In this document: in pieces, positions 37,123 through 46,050 of the stretch
Numbering within the stretch: the stretch's first letter is position 1
Layout of the letters: each line of letters starts with the position of its first letter
DNA from: Gammaproteobacteria bacterium
GTDB lineage: Bacteria > Pseudomonadota > Gammaproteobacteria > Pseudomonadales > IMCC2047
DNA: 64,000 nt
Assembly (NCBI GenBank): GCA_021773395.1
Contig: JAJFKB010000001.1
Span: 65,955-129,954 of the forward strand
Direction of reading: 5' to 3'
The notes under the pieces: model-generated
Databases searched by the model: none
What the model was told of the DNA's origin: nothing
Seen by the model: the letters and a program-made list of their open reading frames with translations, nothing else
Translations under genes and position numbers: made by a program

Positions 37123-37145
37123 ACTAGTTTACATTAAACTAGTTT
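37123..37145. promoter_or_regulatory. two ACTAGTTT/AAACTAGTTT palindromic sites between the MarR gene and hmgA (candidate operator)
   Basis: ACTAGTTT at 37123-37130 and the perfect 10-bp palindrome AAACTAGTTT at 37136-37145. Cores are 15 bp apart, about 50 nt upstream of the hmgA ATG. Confidence 0.4.
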
Positions 37146-37192
37146 CATATGTAACTATATGCAACACTTGATTTATTAACAGGACATGCATC

Positions 37193-38335
37193 ATGAGCGC
37201 CAGAAAGTGGGTAGATTTTCCAATTCAGGAAGGTACAACTTCGCGCCAGGCCCATTGCGATTTTCCAGAGGGCACCTATGAACGCGAGCTGGGCCGAGAA
37301 GGTTTCTTTGGTCCGGCATCCCATATGCACCACCAAAATCCACCCACCGGCTGGATCGACTGGGAAGGGCCGCTGCAACCACGCGCATTCGACTTCAATC
37401 AAATAACGGCTGTAGATGCTTCTCCATTAAATGCACCAATTACGCTGGAAAACAATAATCTTGCAGTAAGGCTATGGAAAAGTAATAGCAATATGTCACA
37501 TTTGGTGCGAAACAGTGATGGTGATGACTTGCTGTTCATCCATTACGGCAAAGGCGAGCTGTATTGCGATTATGGTCACCTGAGTTTTCGTGATGGCGAC
37601 TATATAATGATCCCACGCGGCACCGCCTGGCGGGTCGAGGTAGATGAACCAATCACCGTGCTCATGATGGAGAACAAAGACGGAGCCTATACCATGCCGG
37701 ACCGCGGTATTTTAGGCCCAAATGCGATCTATGATCCTGCGATACTGGATTATCCTAGAATAGATGAGGCCTTTAAAGCCCAGCAGGGTAACGACACCTG
37801 GCAGGTACACATCAAGCGACTGGATCAGGTCAGTAAAGTCACCTTTCCTTTTAATCCATTGGATGCGGTCGGCTGGCATGGTAACAATACTGTGGTACGC
37901 CTGAACTGGCGAGATATCAGGCCTTTGATGAGTCACAGGTACCATTTGCCTCCTTCCGCGCACAGTACTTTTGTAGGTAATGGCTTTATCATTTGTACCT
38001 TTTGCCCCAGACCGATTGAATCCGACCCCGGGGCATTAAAAGTACCCTTCTTTCATAACAACGACGATTATGACGAAGTACTCTTCTACCATCGTGGCAA
38101 CTTTTTCAGCCGTGACAATATTGAAGAGGGTATGGTCACCTTCCACCCCTGCGGGTTCGCACATGGCCCTCACCCGAAGGCGCTAAAAAAGGCACTGACC
38201 AATCCGAATAAAGAAACCGATGAGGTTGCGGTAATGATCGATACACGCCACTCGCTTCGGGTAACGGAAGTTGCTGAGAGTACCGAAAACCTGGAATACA
38301 TTAACTCCTGGAAATCACCTGGAAAGGATTTATAA
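37193..38335 (+). CDS. hmgA: homogentisate 1,2-dioxygenase (short, about 380-aa form)
   Basis: 380 aa cupin-type protein (DGDDLLFIHYGKGELYCDYGHLSFRDGDYIMIPRG). Followed by FAH and maleylacetoacetate isomerase genes. Confidence 0.85.
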   Translation: MSARKWVDFPIQEGTTSRQAHCDFPEGTYERELGREGFFGPASHMHHQNPPTGWIDWEGPLQPRAFDFNQITAVDASPLNAPITLENNNLAVRLWKSNSNMSHLVRNSDGDDLLFIHYGKGELYCDYGHLSFRDGDYIMIPRGTAWRVEVDEPITVLMMENKDGAYTMPDRGILGPNAIYDPAILDYPRIDEAFKAQQGNDTWQVHIKRLDQVSKVTFPFNPLDAVGWHGNNTVVRLNWRDIRPLMSHRYHLPPSAHSTFVGNGFIICTFCPRPIESDPGALKVPFFHNNDDYDEVLFYHRGNFFSRDNIEEGMVTFHPCGFAHGPHPKALKKALTNPNKETDEVAVMIDTRHSLRVTEVAESTENLEYINSWKSPGKDL

Positions 38336-38337
38336 CA

Positions 38338-39324
38338 GTGAAATTAGCATCCTTAAAAAGTGGCCGAGACGGCCAGTTAGTTGTCGTATCACGTGATCTG
38401 CAACGCGCCATTGCTGTTCCTGAAATCGCTAACACGCTGCAAAGAGCACTGGACGAATGGGAACAGCTCGAAGCACGCCTGCAGGTGGTATCTGATCAGC
38501 TCAACACAGGAGAGATCAAGGGCTTCGATTTTAATCCTGAACAGTGCGACGCCCCCCTGCCTCGCGCCTTTCACTGGGCGGACGGTAGCGCTTATGTCAC
38601 CCATGTAGAGCTGGTTCGCAAAGCACGAGGCGCCGATCTTCCCGAGTCTTTCTGGAGCGATCCGTTAATCTATATGGGTGCATCGGATGCTTTTTTGGGT
38701 CCCCATGATGACATTCCCGTGGAATCCGAAGAGTGGGGTATTGACTTCGAATCGGAGGTGGTGGTCTTTACGGATGATGTGCCCGCAGGCACGAAACCGG
38801 ATCGAGCACGCAACCATATTAAATTGATAGCGCTGGTCAATGACGTTTCCTTAAGGAATCTGATACCTGCAGAGCTCGGAAAGCAATTTGGATTTTATCA
38901 GTCTAAGCCCTGGACCAGTTTCACACCGGTCGCCGTCACTCCGGATGAGCTGGGCGAGAGCTGGGATGGTAGCAAAGTCCATTTACCGCTAGTCAGTGTA
39001 CTTAACGGCAAACAGGTCGGGTCACCTAATACCGGACAGGATATGATTTTCGATTTCGCTCAGCTAATTACTCATGCCGCAAAATCACGTTCTTTAATGG
39101 CAGGAACGGTAGTGGGTTCCGGTACCGTTGCCAACGTGGGCAGCCCTACGGGCTCCTCATGTCTGGCGGAAATCCGTTGCCTCGAAACTATAGCAGATGG
39201 CAAGCCAAGCACGCCCTTTATGCAGTTTGGTGACACCATCCGAATTGAGATGAATGATGCCCAGGGCCAGTCAATATTCGGTGTCATCGACCAAAAAGTC
39301 ATTCAATATCAGCCACCAAAATAG
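38338..39324 (+). CDS. fumarylacetoacetate hydrolase family protein (probable fumarylacetoacetase)
   Basis: 328 aa with a GTG start. FAH-fold C-terminal domain (IDFESEVVVFTDDVP..., LVNDVSLRNL, GTVVGSGTV). Pathway context hmgA-fah-maiA. Confidence 0.82.
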   Translation: MKLASLKSGRDGQLVVVSRDLQRAIAVPEIANTLQRALDEWEQLEARLQVVSDQLNTGEIKGFDFNPEQCDAPLPRAFHWADGSAYVTHVELVRKARGADLPESFWSDPLIYMGASDAFLGPHDDIPVESEEWGIDFESEVVVFTDDVPAGTKPDRARNHIKLIALVNDVSLRNLIPAELGKQFGFYQSKPWTSFTPVAVTPDELGESWDGSKVHLPLVSVLNGKQVGSPNTGQDMIFDFAQLITHAAKSRSLMAGTVVGSGTVANVGSPTGSSCLAEIRCLETIADGKPSTPFMQFGDTIRIEMNDAQGQSIFGVIDQKVIQYQPPK

Positions 39325-39336
39325 CACGGATTCAGC

Positions 39337-39966
39337 ATGGAACTCTTTACCTATTATCGTTCGTCGGCAGCCTATCGCGTGCGCATCGCACTCAATTTTA
39401 AAGGCATTCAATATGATGCGGTGCCCATCAATCTGCTAACGGGAGAGCATAAGGAAGAAAAATACCAGCGTATTAGTCCTCAAGGCTTAGTGCCTGCGCT
39501 GCGCCTGGATGACCGAAAAATAATGACCCAGTCAACTGCCATTCTGGAATGGCTGGAAGAAAGCCACCCTGCACCTGCACTGTTACCTGATGACTCTTAT
39601 CAAAGGGGCGTTGTTCGCTCCTGGGCAAATATCGTCGCCTGCGATATTCATCCCATTGATAATTTACGAGTGCTGAATTATTTAGTCGGCGAACTGGGCG
39701 CCAACGACGAACAGAAGCAGGCCTGGTATCAACACTGGATTAAGCTTGGATTTGATGTGCTTGAATCGCAAATCAAGGCCAATCCCTATTGCCATGGTGA
39801 TCAGGTAAGCATGGCCGATATTTATTTGATTCCTCAAGTATATAACGCCCTGCGCTTTAAATTTGATATGACAAGCTATCCAAAAATTTTATCGGTCTAT
39901 GAGCGCTGCAATCAGCTGGATGCCTTTATTCAAGCGGCACCTGAGAATCAACCGGATGCCGTCTAG
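39337..39966 (+). CDS. maiA: maleylacetoacetate isomerase (GST zeta class)
   Basis: 209 aa. The LFTYYRSSAAYRVRIALNFKGI N-terminus is the zeta-GST signature (SSxxxRVRIAL). Confidence 0.88.
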   Translation: MELFTYYRSSAAYRVRIALNFKGIQYDAVPINLLTGEHKEEKYQRISPQGLVPALRLDDRKIMTQSTAILEWLEESHPAPALLPDDSYQRGVVRSWANIVACDIHPIDNLRVLNYLVGELGANDEQKQAWYQHWIKLGFDVLESQIKANPYCHGDQVSMADIYLIPQVYNALRFKFDMTSYPKILSVYERCNQLDAFIQAAPENQPDAV

Positions 39967-40032
39967 GCACCAGACTACCGCTAGCAGCATTACGCTAAAA
40001 TTTTCTAATCTCATTTTTTTTGATATTACATG

Positions 40033-40198
40033 AGACCTTTGCACGGAAGAATATTTTTCTTTCAGGCAAGGCAAAAGCGCACGGAATGAGGGAGTTTATA
40101 GGTTATAAATAACCGATTGAGTACGTTTTTAACGAAGTATGGGAGCGAAATAGCTTTCGTGCAAAGGTCTATACATGAAGCCTTAGCACGAAAGAACA
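40033..40198. repeat. three copies of an about 17-nt motif AGACCTTTGCACGRAAG (two direct, one inverted)
   Basis: Copy L is 40033-40049 (+). Copy R is 40154-40170 (inverted, 16/17). The third copy is 40181-40194 (CCTTAGCACGAAAG, + orientation). R can pair with L or with the third copy. Confidence 0.6.
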
Positions 40199-40257
40199 AT
40201 CATGGTCGCCGGCTAGTTAGGTTAGGCCACACCACCACCCCTTAAACGGAGCCAAAA

Positions 40258-40980
40258 ATGAATCGAGTAATTATAGTAACCGGCGGTACCAGAGGTATTG
40301 GTGCGGCAATATCTATCAGCATGAAACAAGCTGGATATAAGGTTGCAGCCTGTTATGCAGGGAATGAAGAGGCTGCGATTGCTTTTAAGGAAAAAACCGG
40401 CATCGCTGTTTATAAGTTCGACGTGGCTGATTTTACTGCCTGCCAAAAAGCGGTTGACCAGATCTCCAGCGACCTCGGACCCATAGCTTGCTTGGTTAAT
40501 AACGCGGGAATCTCCAGGGATGGCACCCTGCATAAAATGGACTTTGAAAAATGGAATGAGGTTATTCAGACGAATCTTTCTTCATGCTTCAACATGTGCC
40601 GGTCTGTTATAGACGGCATGAGAGAACGGAATTATGGTCGTATCGTCAATATTGGTTCAATTAACGGCCAAGCGGGGCAATATGGACAAGTCAATTATGC
40701 CGCAGCCAAATCGGGCATTCATGGCTTTACCAAGGCACTTGCTCAAGAAGGCGCTACCAAGGGAATCACAGTAAACGCCATCGCACCCGGCTATATTGAC
40801 ACTGACATGGTTAGAGCAGTACCCGAAAATGTACTGGAGAAAATAATTGCCAAGATCCCCGTTGGCAGGTTGGGGCAAGCGGAAGAAATTGCTCGGGGCG
40901 TGTTGTTCTTGTTATCTGAAGATGCAGGATTTATTACAGGCTCTACCTTAAGTATAAACGGCGGACAGCACATGTATTAA
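40258..40980 (+). CDS. phaB: acetoacetyl-CoA reductase (NADPH, SDR family)
   Basis: 240 aa. VTGGTRGIG, NNAGISRDG, RIVNIGSINGQAGQYGQVNYAAAKSG and ITVNAIAPGYIDTDM closely follow PhaB/PhbB. Confidence 0.83.
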   Translation: MNRVIIVTGGTRGIGAAISISMKQAGYKVAACYAGNEEAAIAFKEKTGIAVYKFDVADFTACQKAVDQISSDLGPIACLVNNAGISRDGTLHKMDFEKWNEVIQTNLSSCFNMCRSVIDGMRERNYGRIVNIGSINGQAGQYGQVNYAAAKSGIHGFTKALAQEGATKGITVNAIAPGYIDTDMVRAVPENVLEKIIAKIPVGRLGQAEEIARGVLFLLSEDAGFITGSTLSINGGQHMY

Positions 40981-40986
40981 GGGATG

Positions 40987-41013
40987 GGGGCAACTTCAAT
41001 TAGACGTTGCCCC
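40987..41013. terminator. bidirectional terminator hairpin between phaB and the OFOR beta gene
   Basis: GGGGCAAC-11 nt-GTTGCCCC, an 8-bp GC-rich stem, followed on the + strand by TGGATTTTT. Confidence 0.55.
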
Positions 41014-41020
41014 TGGATTT

Positions 41021-42070
41021 TTACCTCAGCCCTTCGTTAATACTGTTCAAAAACCGACTACCTGGACACAACTCGTCCTCACGCAAAGCATTGAGCGGCT
41101 TCGGTACCGTATCCAGCACTTTATGCAGATCCTCTGAATCGTGTGCCATGTACAATAAGCCAGTTAAGATTCGACCTTCTTTCTTATGATCATAAACAGC
41201 TTCCATGGCAGCCTGACGATCATGAATATCAAAATCTGCTGCGGTTTTGTGCAAGTGAACGGACGAACCATCATGCATGCAAACCTGCTGCGTGGTACCC
41301 GCTTTGTAGCTGGTACAAATTTCTTCGCGCATAGGTACAAAATCTACTTCCATATTATCAGCATGGCTACGAATATACTCATAACCCTTGGTCGAAGTTG
41401 CTGTGTTATTAAAGGTCACACAGGGCGAAATCACATCAATTAAGGCAAAGCCCTTATGAGTGATTGCCGCCTTAATCAGTGGCTCTAGCTGTTTCTTATC
41501 TCCAGAAAAACTACGCGCAACGAAAGTTGCACCTAATCTTAGCGCCAGAGCAACCAGATCAATAGGCTCATACATATTCGGCCTACCCTTTTTGGTCGCA
41601 GAACCCAGATCTGACGTTGCCGAGTCCTGTCCTTTAGTGAGGCCATAACAACCGTTATTTTCCACCATGTAGAGCATATCCAGATTCCGCCTGACGACGT
41701 GCATAAACTGCCCTACTCCTATTGAGGCCGTATCGCCATCACCGGAGATGCCAATATAGATCAGATCACGATTTGCTAGATTGGCTCCAGTTGCCACTGA
41801 AGGCATGCGCCCGTGTACCGAATTAAAACCATGGGACTTGCCCAAAAAATAGGCCGGACTTTTTGAGGAACAACCGATACCGGATAGCTTGGCAACGCGA
41901 TGTGGCTCAATTGACATTTCAAAGCAGGCATTCAGAATGGCCGCGCTGATAGAATCGTGTCCGCAACCGGCGCATAGCGTCGAAATCGCTCCCTCATAAT
42001 CCGTTTTACTCAGTCCCAATTCGTTTTTGGGCAGATCCGGATGTCTGAATTTTGGCTTCGAATAACTCAT
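41021..42070 (-). CDS. korB: 2-oxoacid:ferredoxin (acceptor) oxidoreductase beta subunit (TPP-binding)
   Basis: 349 aa. CAGCGHDSI, GISGDGD (TPP Mg site) and MVENNGCYGLTKGQ. Start overlaps the alpha-subunit stop by 4 nt. Confidence 0.85.
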   Translation of the reverse strand: MSYSKPKFRHPDLPKNELGLSKTDYEGAISTLCAGCGHDSISAAILNACFEMSIEPHRVAKLSGIGCSSKSPAYFLGKSHGFNSVHGRMPSVATGANLANRDLIYIGISGDGDTASIGVGQFMHVVRRNLDMLYMVENNGCYGLTKGQDSATSDLGSATKKGRPNMYEPIDLVALALRLGATFVARSFSGDKKQLEPLIKAAITHKGFALIDVISPCVTFNNTATSTKGYEYIRSHADNMEVDFVPMREEICTSYKAGTTQQVCMHDGSSVHLHKTAADFDIHDRQAAMEAVYDHKKEGRILTGLLYMAHDSEDLHKVLDTVPKPLNALREDELCPGSRFLNSINEGLR

Positions 42071-43941
42071 GACTTCACCTTCTTCGCTGTTTTGCGACGT
42101 ATCGGGGTGACCTTGTTGGTCGTAAGTGAATCCCTCATACTCATTGCGATACTGCGCGCGGTAATGGGCAGCCCATCATAATGTAAAATTGAAATCAGCT
42201 TATTAGGCGGCAATTCGCACTCGTTGATCAACAAGCGACGTAGCTGGCCATCGCGATTTTGTTCGATCACAAATACCGTGTCATGATCAGCAATAAACTG
42301 TTCTACTTCAGCATTAAAAGGGAATGCTCTGATGCGAATGGTATCAATAGCACTTCCTTCATCAGCGAGCATTTCAATTGCCTCATAACAGGGTGACGCG
42401 GTGGTACCAAAGAACAAAGCTCCCACAGAGGTTTTCTTGCCCGCCAATTTGATCTTTGGCGCAGGCACATATTCCTTCGCGGTTTCAAATTTTTGCAGCA
42501 ACCGCTCCATATTATGCACATAGGCCTCGCCATCTTCCGTATAGGTGGCGTACACATCACGCGACGAACCCCGCGTAAAGAAAGCCCCCTTTTCCGGGTG
42601 AGTACCCGGATAAGTACGATAGGGAATGCCATCTTCATCGGTATCCAGATAACGACCAAACCGTTCATCCATGTTATCCAGATCTTCAGCACTCAACACC
42701 TTACCACGATCAAACTCACGTTCATCATCCCACTCTAACGGCGGAGACATATGATCATTCATGCCTAAATCAAGATCCGACATCAGAATGATAGGGGTCT
42801 GCAACCGATCAGCCAGATCAAAAGACTGGGCTGTCATATCAAAACACTCTTTCGGTGTAGAGGGGAAAAGCAGCACGTGTTTTGTATCACCGTGCGACGC
42901 ATAAGCGGCCGCCAGAATATCCGGTTGCTGGGTGCGAGTTGGCATTCCCGTTGAAGGGCCGGCACGCTGCACATTGACCAGCACAACAGGAACCTCCGCA
43001 AAATACGCCAGGCCCAGGAATTCTGACATCAGCGACAAACCCGGCCCACTGGTTGCGGTAAAGGATCGCGCACCGTTCCAGGCCGCACCAATACAAATAC
43101 CCATGGCGGCAAGCTCGTCCTCGGCCTGCACAATCGCAAAATTATTCTGACCGGTACCCGGATCAATTCGTAGCCGACGAGCGTATCTTTCAAAGGCTTC
43201 AATCACTGAAGTTGAGGGCGTAATGGGATACCACCCAGCGACCGTTGCACCGCCGTAAATGGCGCCCAATCCTGCGGCGGTATTACCATCCATTAAAATA
43301 TGCTTAGTGTAGGATATATGTTCGCCAATCTCGCTGGCATGCTCTACACGAATACTCAAAGGGCAGTCAAAATTTTCCGTTGCATACTGATAACCCAGCT
43401 CCATAGCATGCACATTTGGCGTGATCAGCTTTTCCTTGCCTCTAAACTGATCGCCGACCAGATCCTTTAACACGGCAAAGTCGATATTTAACAGCGCTGC
43501 CAAGGCCCCGACATAGATCATATTTTTAAATAACAAACGTTGTCGCGCATCATCATACTCACGCAGACACATTTGCGTGAAGGGAATACCAATAAACTCA
43601 ACATCGTTGCGCCTCAGGCGCTGGTCCAGAGGTTTGCTGGAGTCATATATAAAATAACCGCCTGGTTCAACACTTTGAATATCATCGGCCATACTCTGTG
43701 GATTGACGCAGAGCAGTATATCCACACCCCCACGACGCCCCAGATAGCCCTTCTGGCTCACTCTCACTTCATACCAGGTAGGCAGCCCCTGAATATTAGA
43801 CGGAAAAATATTACGCGGGCTTACTGGAATACCCATGCGGAAAATAGATTTTGCAAACATATGGTTAGCACTGGCAGAACCAGTACCATTTACATTGGCA
43901 AACTTGATGACGAAATCGTTGACTGCTTCTATCCTGCGCAT
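42067..43941 (-). CDS. korA: 2-oxoacid:ferredoxin (acceptor) oxidoreductase alpha subunit (fused gamma-alpha domains)
   Basis: 624 aa. N-terminal gamma-like domain (KFANVNGTGSASAN), then a pyrimidine-binding alpha domain (MDGNTAAGLGAIYGGATVAGWYPITPST). Confidence 0.85.
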   Translation of the reverse strand: MRRIEAVNDFVIKFANVNGTGSASANHMFAKSIFRMGIPVSPRNIFPSNIQGLPTWYEVRVSQKGYLGRRGGVDILLCVNPQSMADDIQSVEPGGYFIYDSSKPLDQRLRRNDVEFIGIPFTQMCLREYDDARQRLLFKNMIYVGALAALLNIDFAVLKDLVGDQFRGKEKLITPNVHAMELGYQYATENFDCPLSIRVEHASEIGEHISYTKHILMDGNTAAGLGAIYGGATVAGWYPITPSTSVIEAFERYARRLRIDPGTGQNNFAIVQAEDELAAMGICIGAAWNGARSFTATSGPGLSLMSEFLGLAYFAEVPVVLVNVQRAGPSTGMPTRTQQPDILAAAYASHGDTKHVLLFPSTPKECFDMTAQSFDLADRLQTPIILMSDLDLGMNDHMSPPLEWDDEREFDRGKVLSAEDLDNMDERFGRYLDTDEDGIPYRTYPGTHPEKGAFFTRGSSRDVYATYTEDGEAYVHNMERLLQKFETAKEYVPAPKIKLAGKKTSVGALFFGTTASPCYEAIEMLADEGSAIDTIRIRAFPFNAEVEQFIADHDTVFVIEQNRDGQLRRLLINECELPPNKLISILHYDGLPITARSIAMSMRDSLTTNKVTPIRRKTAKKVKS

Positions 43942-45719
43942 GTTTGGCCAGCCTTAGTTACATTATATAAAAATTTCTGCATATCCCAGGCACCTGTCGG
44001 GCACCGCTCAGCGCAAAGTCCACAGTGCAAACAAACGTTTTCATCCTTAATCATAATTCGGCTGGTCTGCTTTAACTTGCCCGATGCATAAAGATCCTGA
44101 TCACGATTATTAGCTGGAGCCCGCAATTGCTGGCGTAGCTCCTTTTCACTCCCATTCATCAAAAAGTTAATGCAGTCGGTCGGACAGATATCCACGCAGG
44201 CATCACACTCTATACACTTCTCTCCTGTGAACACCGTTTGCGCATCACAGTTTAAACACCGCTCTGCCTCCTTAAACCCCAGCTCAATATCAAATCCAAG
44301 CTCAACTTCTACCTTTCGATCCGAAAGCGCCTTCTCTTTGTCCGCGTGGGGAACATGCACCCGACCATCGTTAGAAATTTGGTTATCATAGCTCCACTCA
44401 TGGACACCCATTTTTTGGCTGGTCAAGGTGACTCCCGGACCGGGACGGTCTTGAATCACATCTTTACCATGACAAAAAAGGTCGATGGAAATAGCCGCCT
44501 GCTGTGCTTGCGCAACGGCTGTAATGATGTTTTCTGGCCCGAACGCAGCGTCACCACCAAAAAAAACTCTCTGACAGCTGGATTGAAAAGAAACCTTATC
44601 CACCACAGGCATACCACGCCGATTAAACTCTAACCCGATATCACGCTCTATCCAGGGAAAGGTGTTATCCTGGCCAATCGCAATCAGCACATCATCACAC
44701 TCAAGATAAATCGGGCCTTCTCCGGTTGGCACCAGATTACGACGACCCTGCTCATCGTAAACCACCTCGACTTTTTCAAAGCGCATACCAACCAGTTTTC
44801 CCTCTTCATGCACGAACTCTTGCGGTACATGACAGTTAAGAAATTCAACATACTCAGCCATCGCATCTTCTTTTTCCCAAGGCGAGGCTTTCATTTTTTC
44901 AAATTCCGAGCGCACTACAATTTTAACGTCTTCACCACCAAGCCTCTTTGCCGTGCGACAACAATCCATCGCTGTATTTCCGCCCCCTAGTACCAGTACA
45001 CGTTTGCCGATCGAACCGGTATGCTCAAAGGCAACACTGGCTAACCACTCAATACCTACATGAATATTGGCAGTGGCCTCATTGCGTCCTGGGATATCAA
45101 GATTTTTACCACTCGGCGCACCTGTTCCGATGAACACCGCATCATAGTCTTTATCCAAAACTGATTTCAGGCTATCGACATAGGTGTTAAAGGTCGCGTT
45201 GACCCCCATATCCAATATGTAATTCACCTCCTCATCCAGCACCTCCGGCGGCAACCGAAAACTGGGTATTTGACTGCGCATCATGCCACCTGCCTTGGCC
45301 TGATCGTCATAAAGATCAATCGAGTAACCGAGTGGCATCAAATCTCTCGCGACCGTCAGTGATGCCGGCCCACCACCAATCAAAGCAACCTTTTTACCGT
45401 TTTTCCGTGTGGGTATTTTCGGCAAACGTTCGGTAACATCATCTTTATTATCCGCAGCCACTCGTTTTAAGCGGCAAATAGCCACCGGCTTTTCCTCAAC
45501 TCGCCCCCTGCGACAAACCGGTTCGCACGGGCGATCACAAGTTCGTCCCAAAATGCCTGGGAATACATTCGACTCCCAGTTCACCATATAGGCATCCGTA
45601 TATTGCTTGGCTGCAATCAGGCGTATGTACTCAGGTACCGGGGTATGTGCCGGACAACCATATTGGCAATCCACCACCTTATGAAAATATTCCGGATTAT
45701 TAATATCTGTCGCTTTCAA
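43929..45719 (-). CDS. GltD-like FAD/NAD(P)H oxidoreductase fused to a 2x[4Fe-4S] ferredoxin domain
   Basis: 596 aa. The N-terminal Fe-S region is like the glutamate synthase small subunit (CPAHTPVPEYI...RTCDRPCEPVC). Two Rossmann GxGxxG motifs (VALIGGGPAS, VLVLGGGNTAMD). C-terminal CIECDACVDICP and CLHCGLCAERCP. Overlaps korA by 13 nt. Confidence 0.8.
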   Translation of the reverse strand: MKATDINNPEYFHKVVDCQYGCPAHTPVPEYIRLIAAKQYTDAYMVNWESNVFPGILGRTCDRPCEPVCRRGRVEEKPVAICRLKRVAADNKDDVTERLPKIPTRKNGKKVALIGGGPASLTVARDLMPLGYSIDLYDDQAKAGGMMRSQIPSFRLPPEVLDEEVNYILDMGVNATFNTYVDSLKSVLDKDYDAVFIGTGAPSGKNLDIPGRNEATANIHVGIEWLASVAFEHTGSIGKRVLVLGGGNTAMDCCRTAKRLGGEDVKIVVRSEFEKMKASPWEKEDAMAEYVEFLNCHVPQEFVHEEGKLVGMRFEKVEVVYDEQGRRNLVPTGEGPIYLECDDVLIAIGQDNTFPWIERDIGLEFNRRGMPVVDKVSFQSSCQRVFFGGDAAFGPENIITAVAQAQQAAISIDLFCHGKDVIQDRPGPGVTLTSQKMGVHEWSYDNQISNDGRVHVPHADKEKALSDRKVEVELGFDIELGFKEAERCLNCDAQTVFTGEKCIECDACVDICPTDCINFLMNGSEKELRQQLRAPANNRDQDLYASGKLKQTSRIMIKDENVCLHCGLCAERCPTGAWDMQKFLYNVTKAGQTCAG

Positions 45720-46050
45720 AACTATATATCTCCGCTACAGGAAGGATGAGTGTTCGATTATTAACAATAACAGTACCAATGCAAGAAAACAGACTGGTTT
45801 TCATGTCTGCAACGTCAGTATGATTTTGGTTGCGCCTTTAATCCCGATCAAATGGATTCAAATTCGCTAAATATTTTATCTGATCGTACCAATAACAGAT
45901 CATAAACAACGCACAAAGCCATGTCTTGTCTACCAGTGCGTAAAGGGTTGACTGTAAATGTATCAGTTGTGTTGACACTGTTCTGTTTAAAAAGTGCTGT
46001 AGGTGACTCAGGTTTACTTAAAGGCGCCGAGCAAAGCTCAAGCCCCAAAC

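Noticed and set aside
45720-46050. 331-nt gap between the OFOR cluster and ispG, with track ORFs 45848..46048 (-) and 46003..46398 (+). Considered as a possible small gene or structured RNA.
   Set aside because: The ORF translations look random, and the + ORF runs antisense into ispG. I saw no tRNA/tmRNA/SRP/RNase P signatures and no strong hairpins. It most likely holds the promoter region of the OFOR operon.
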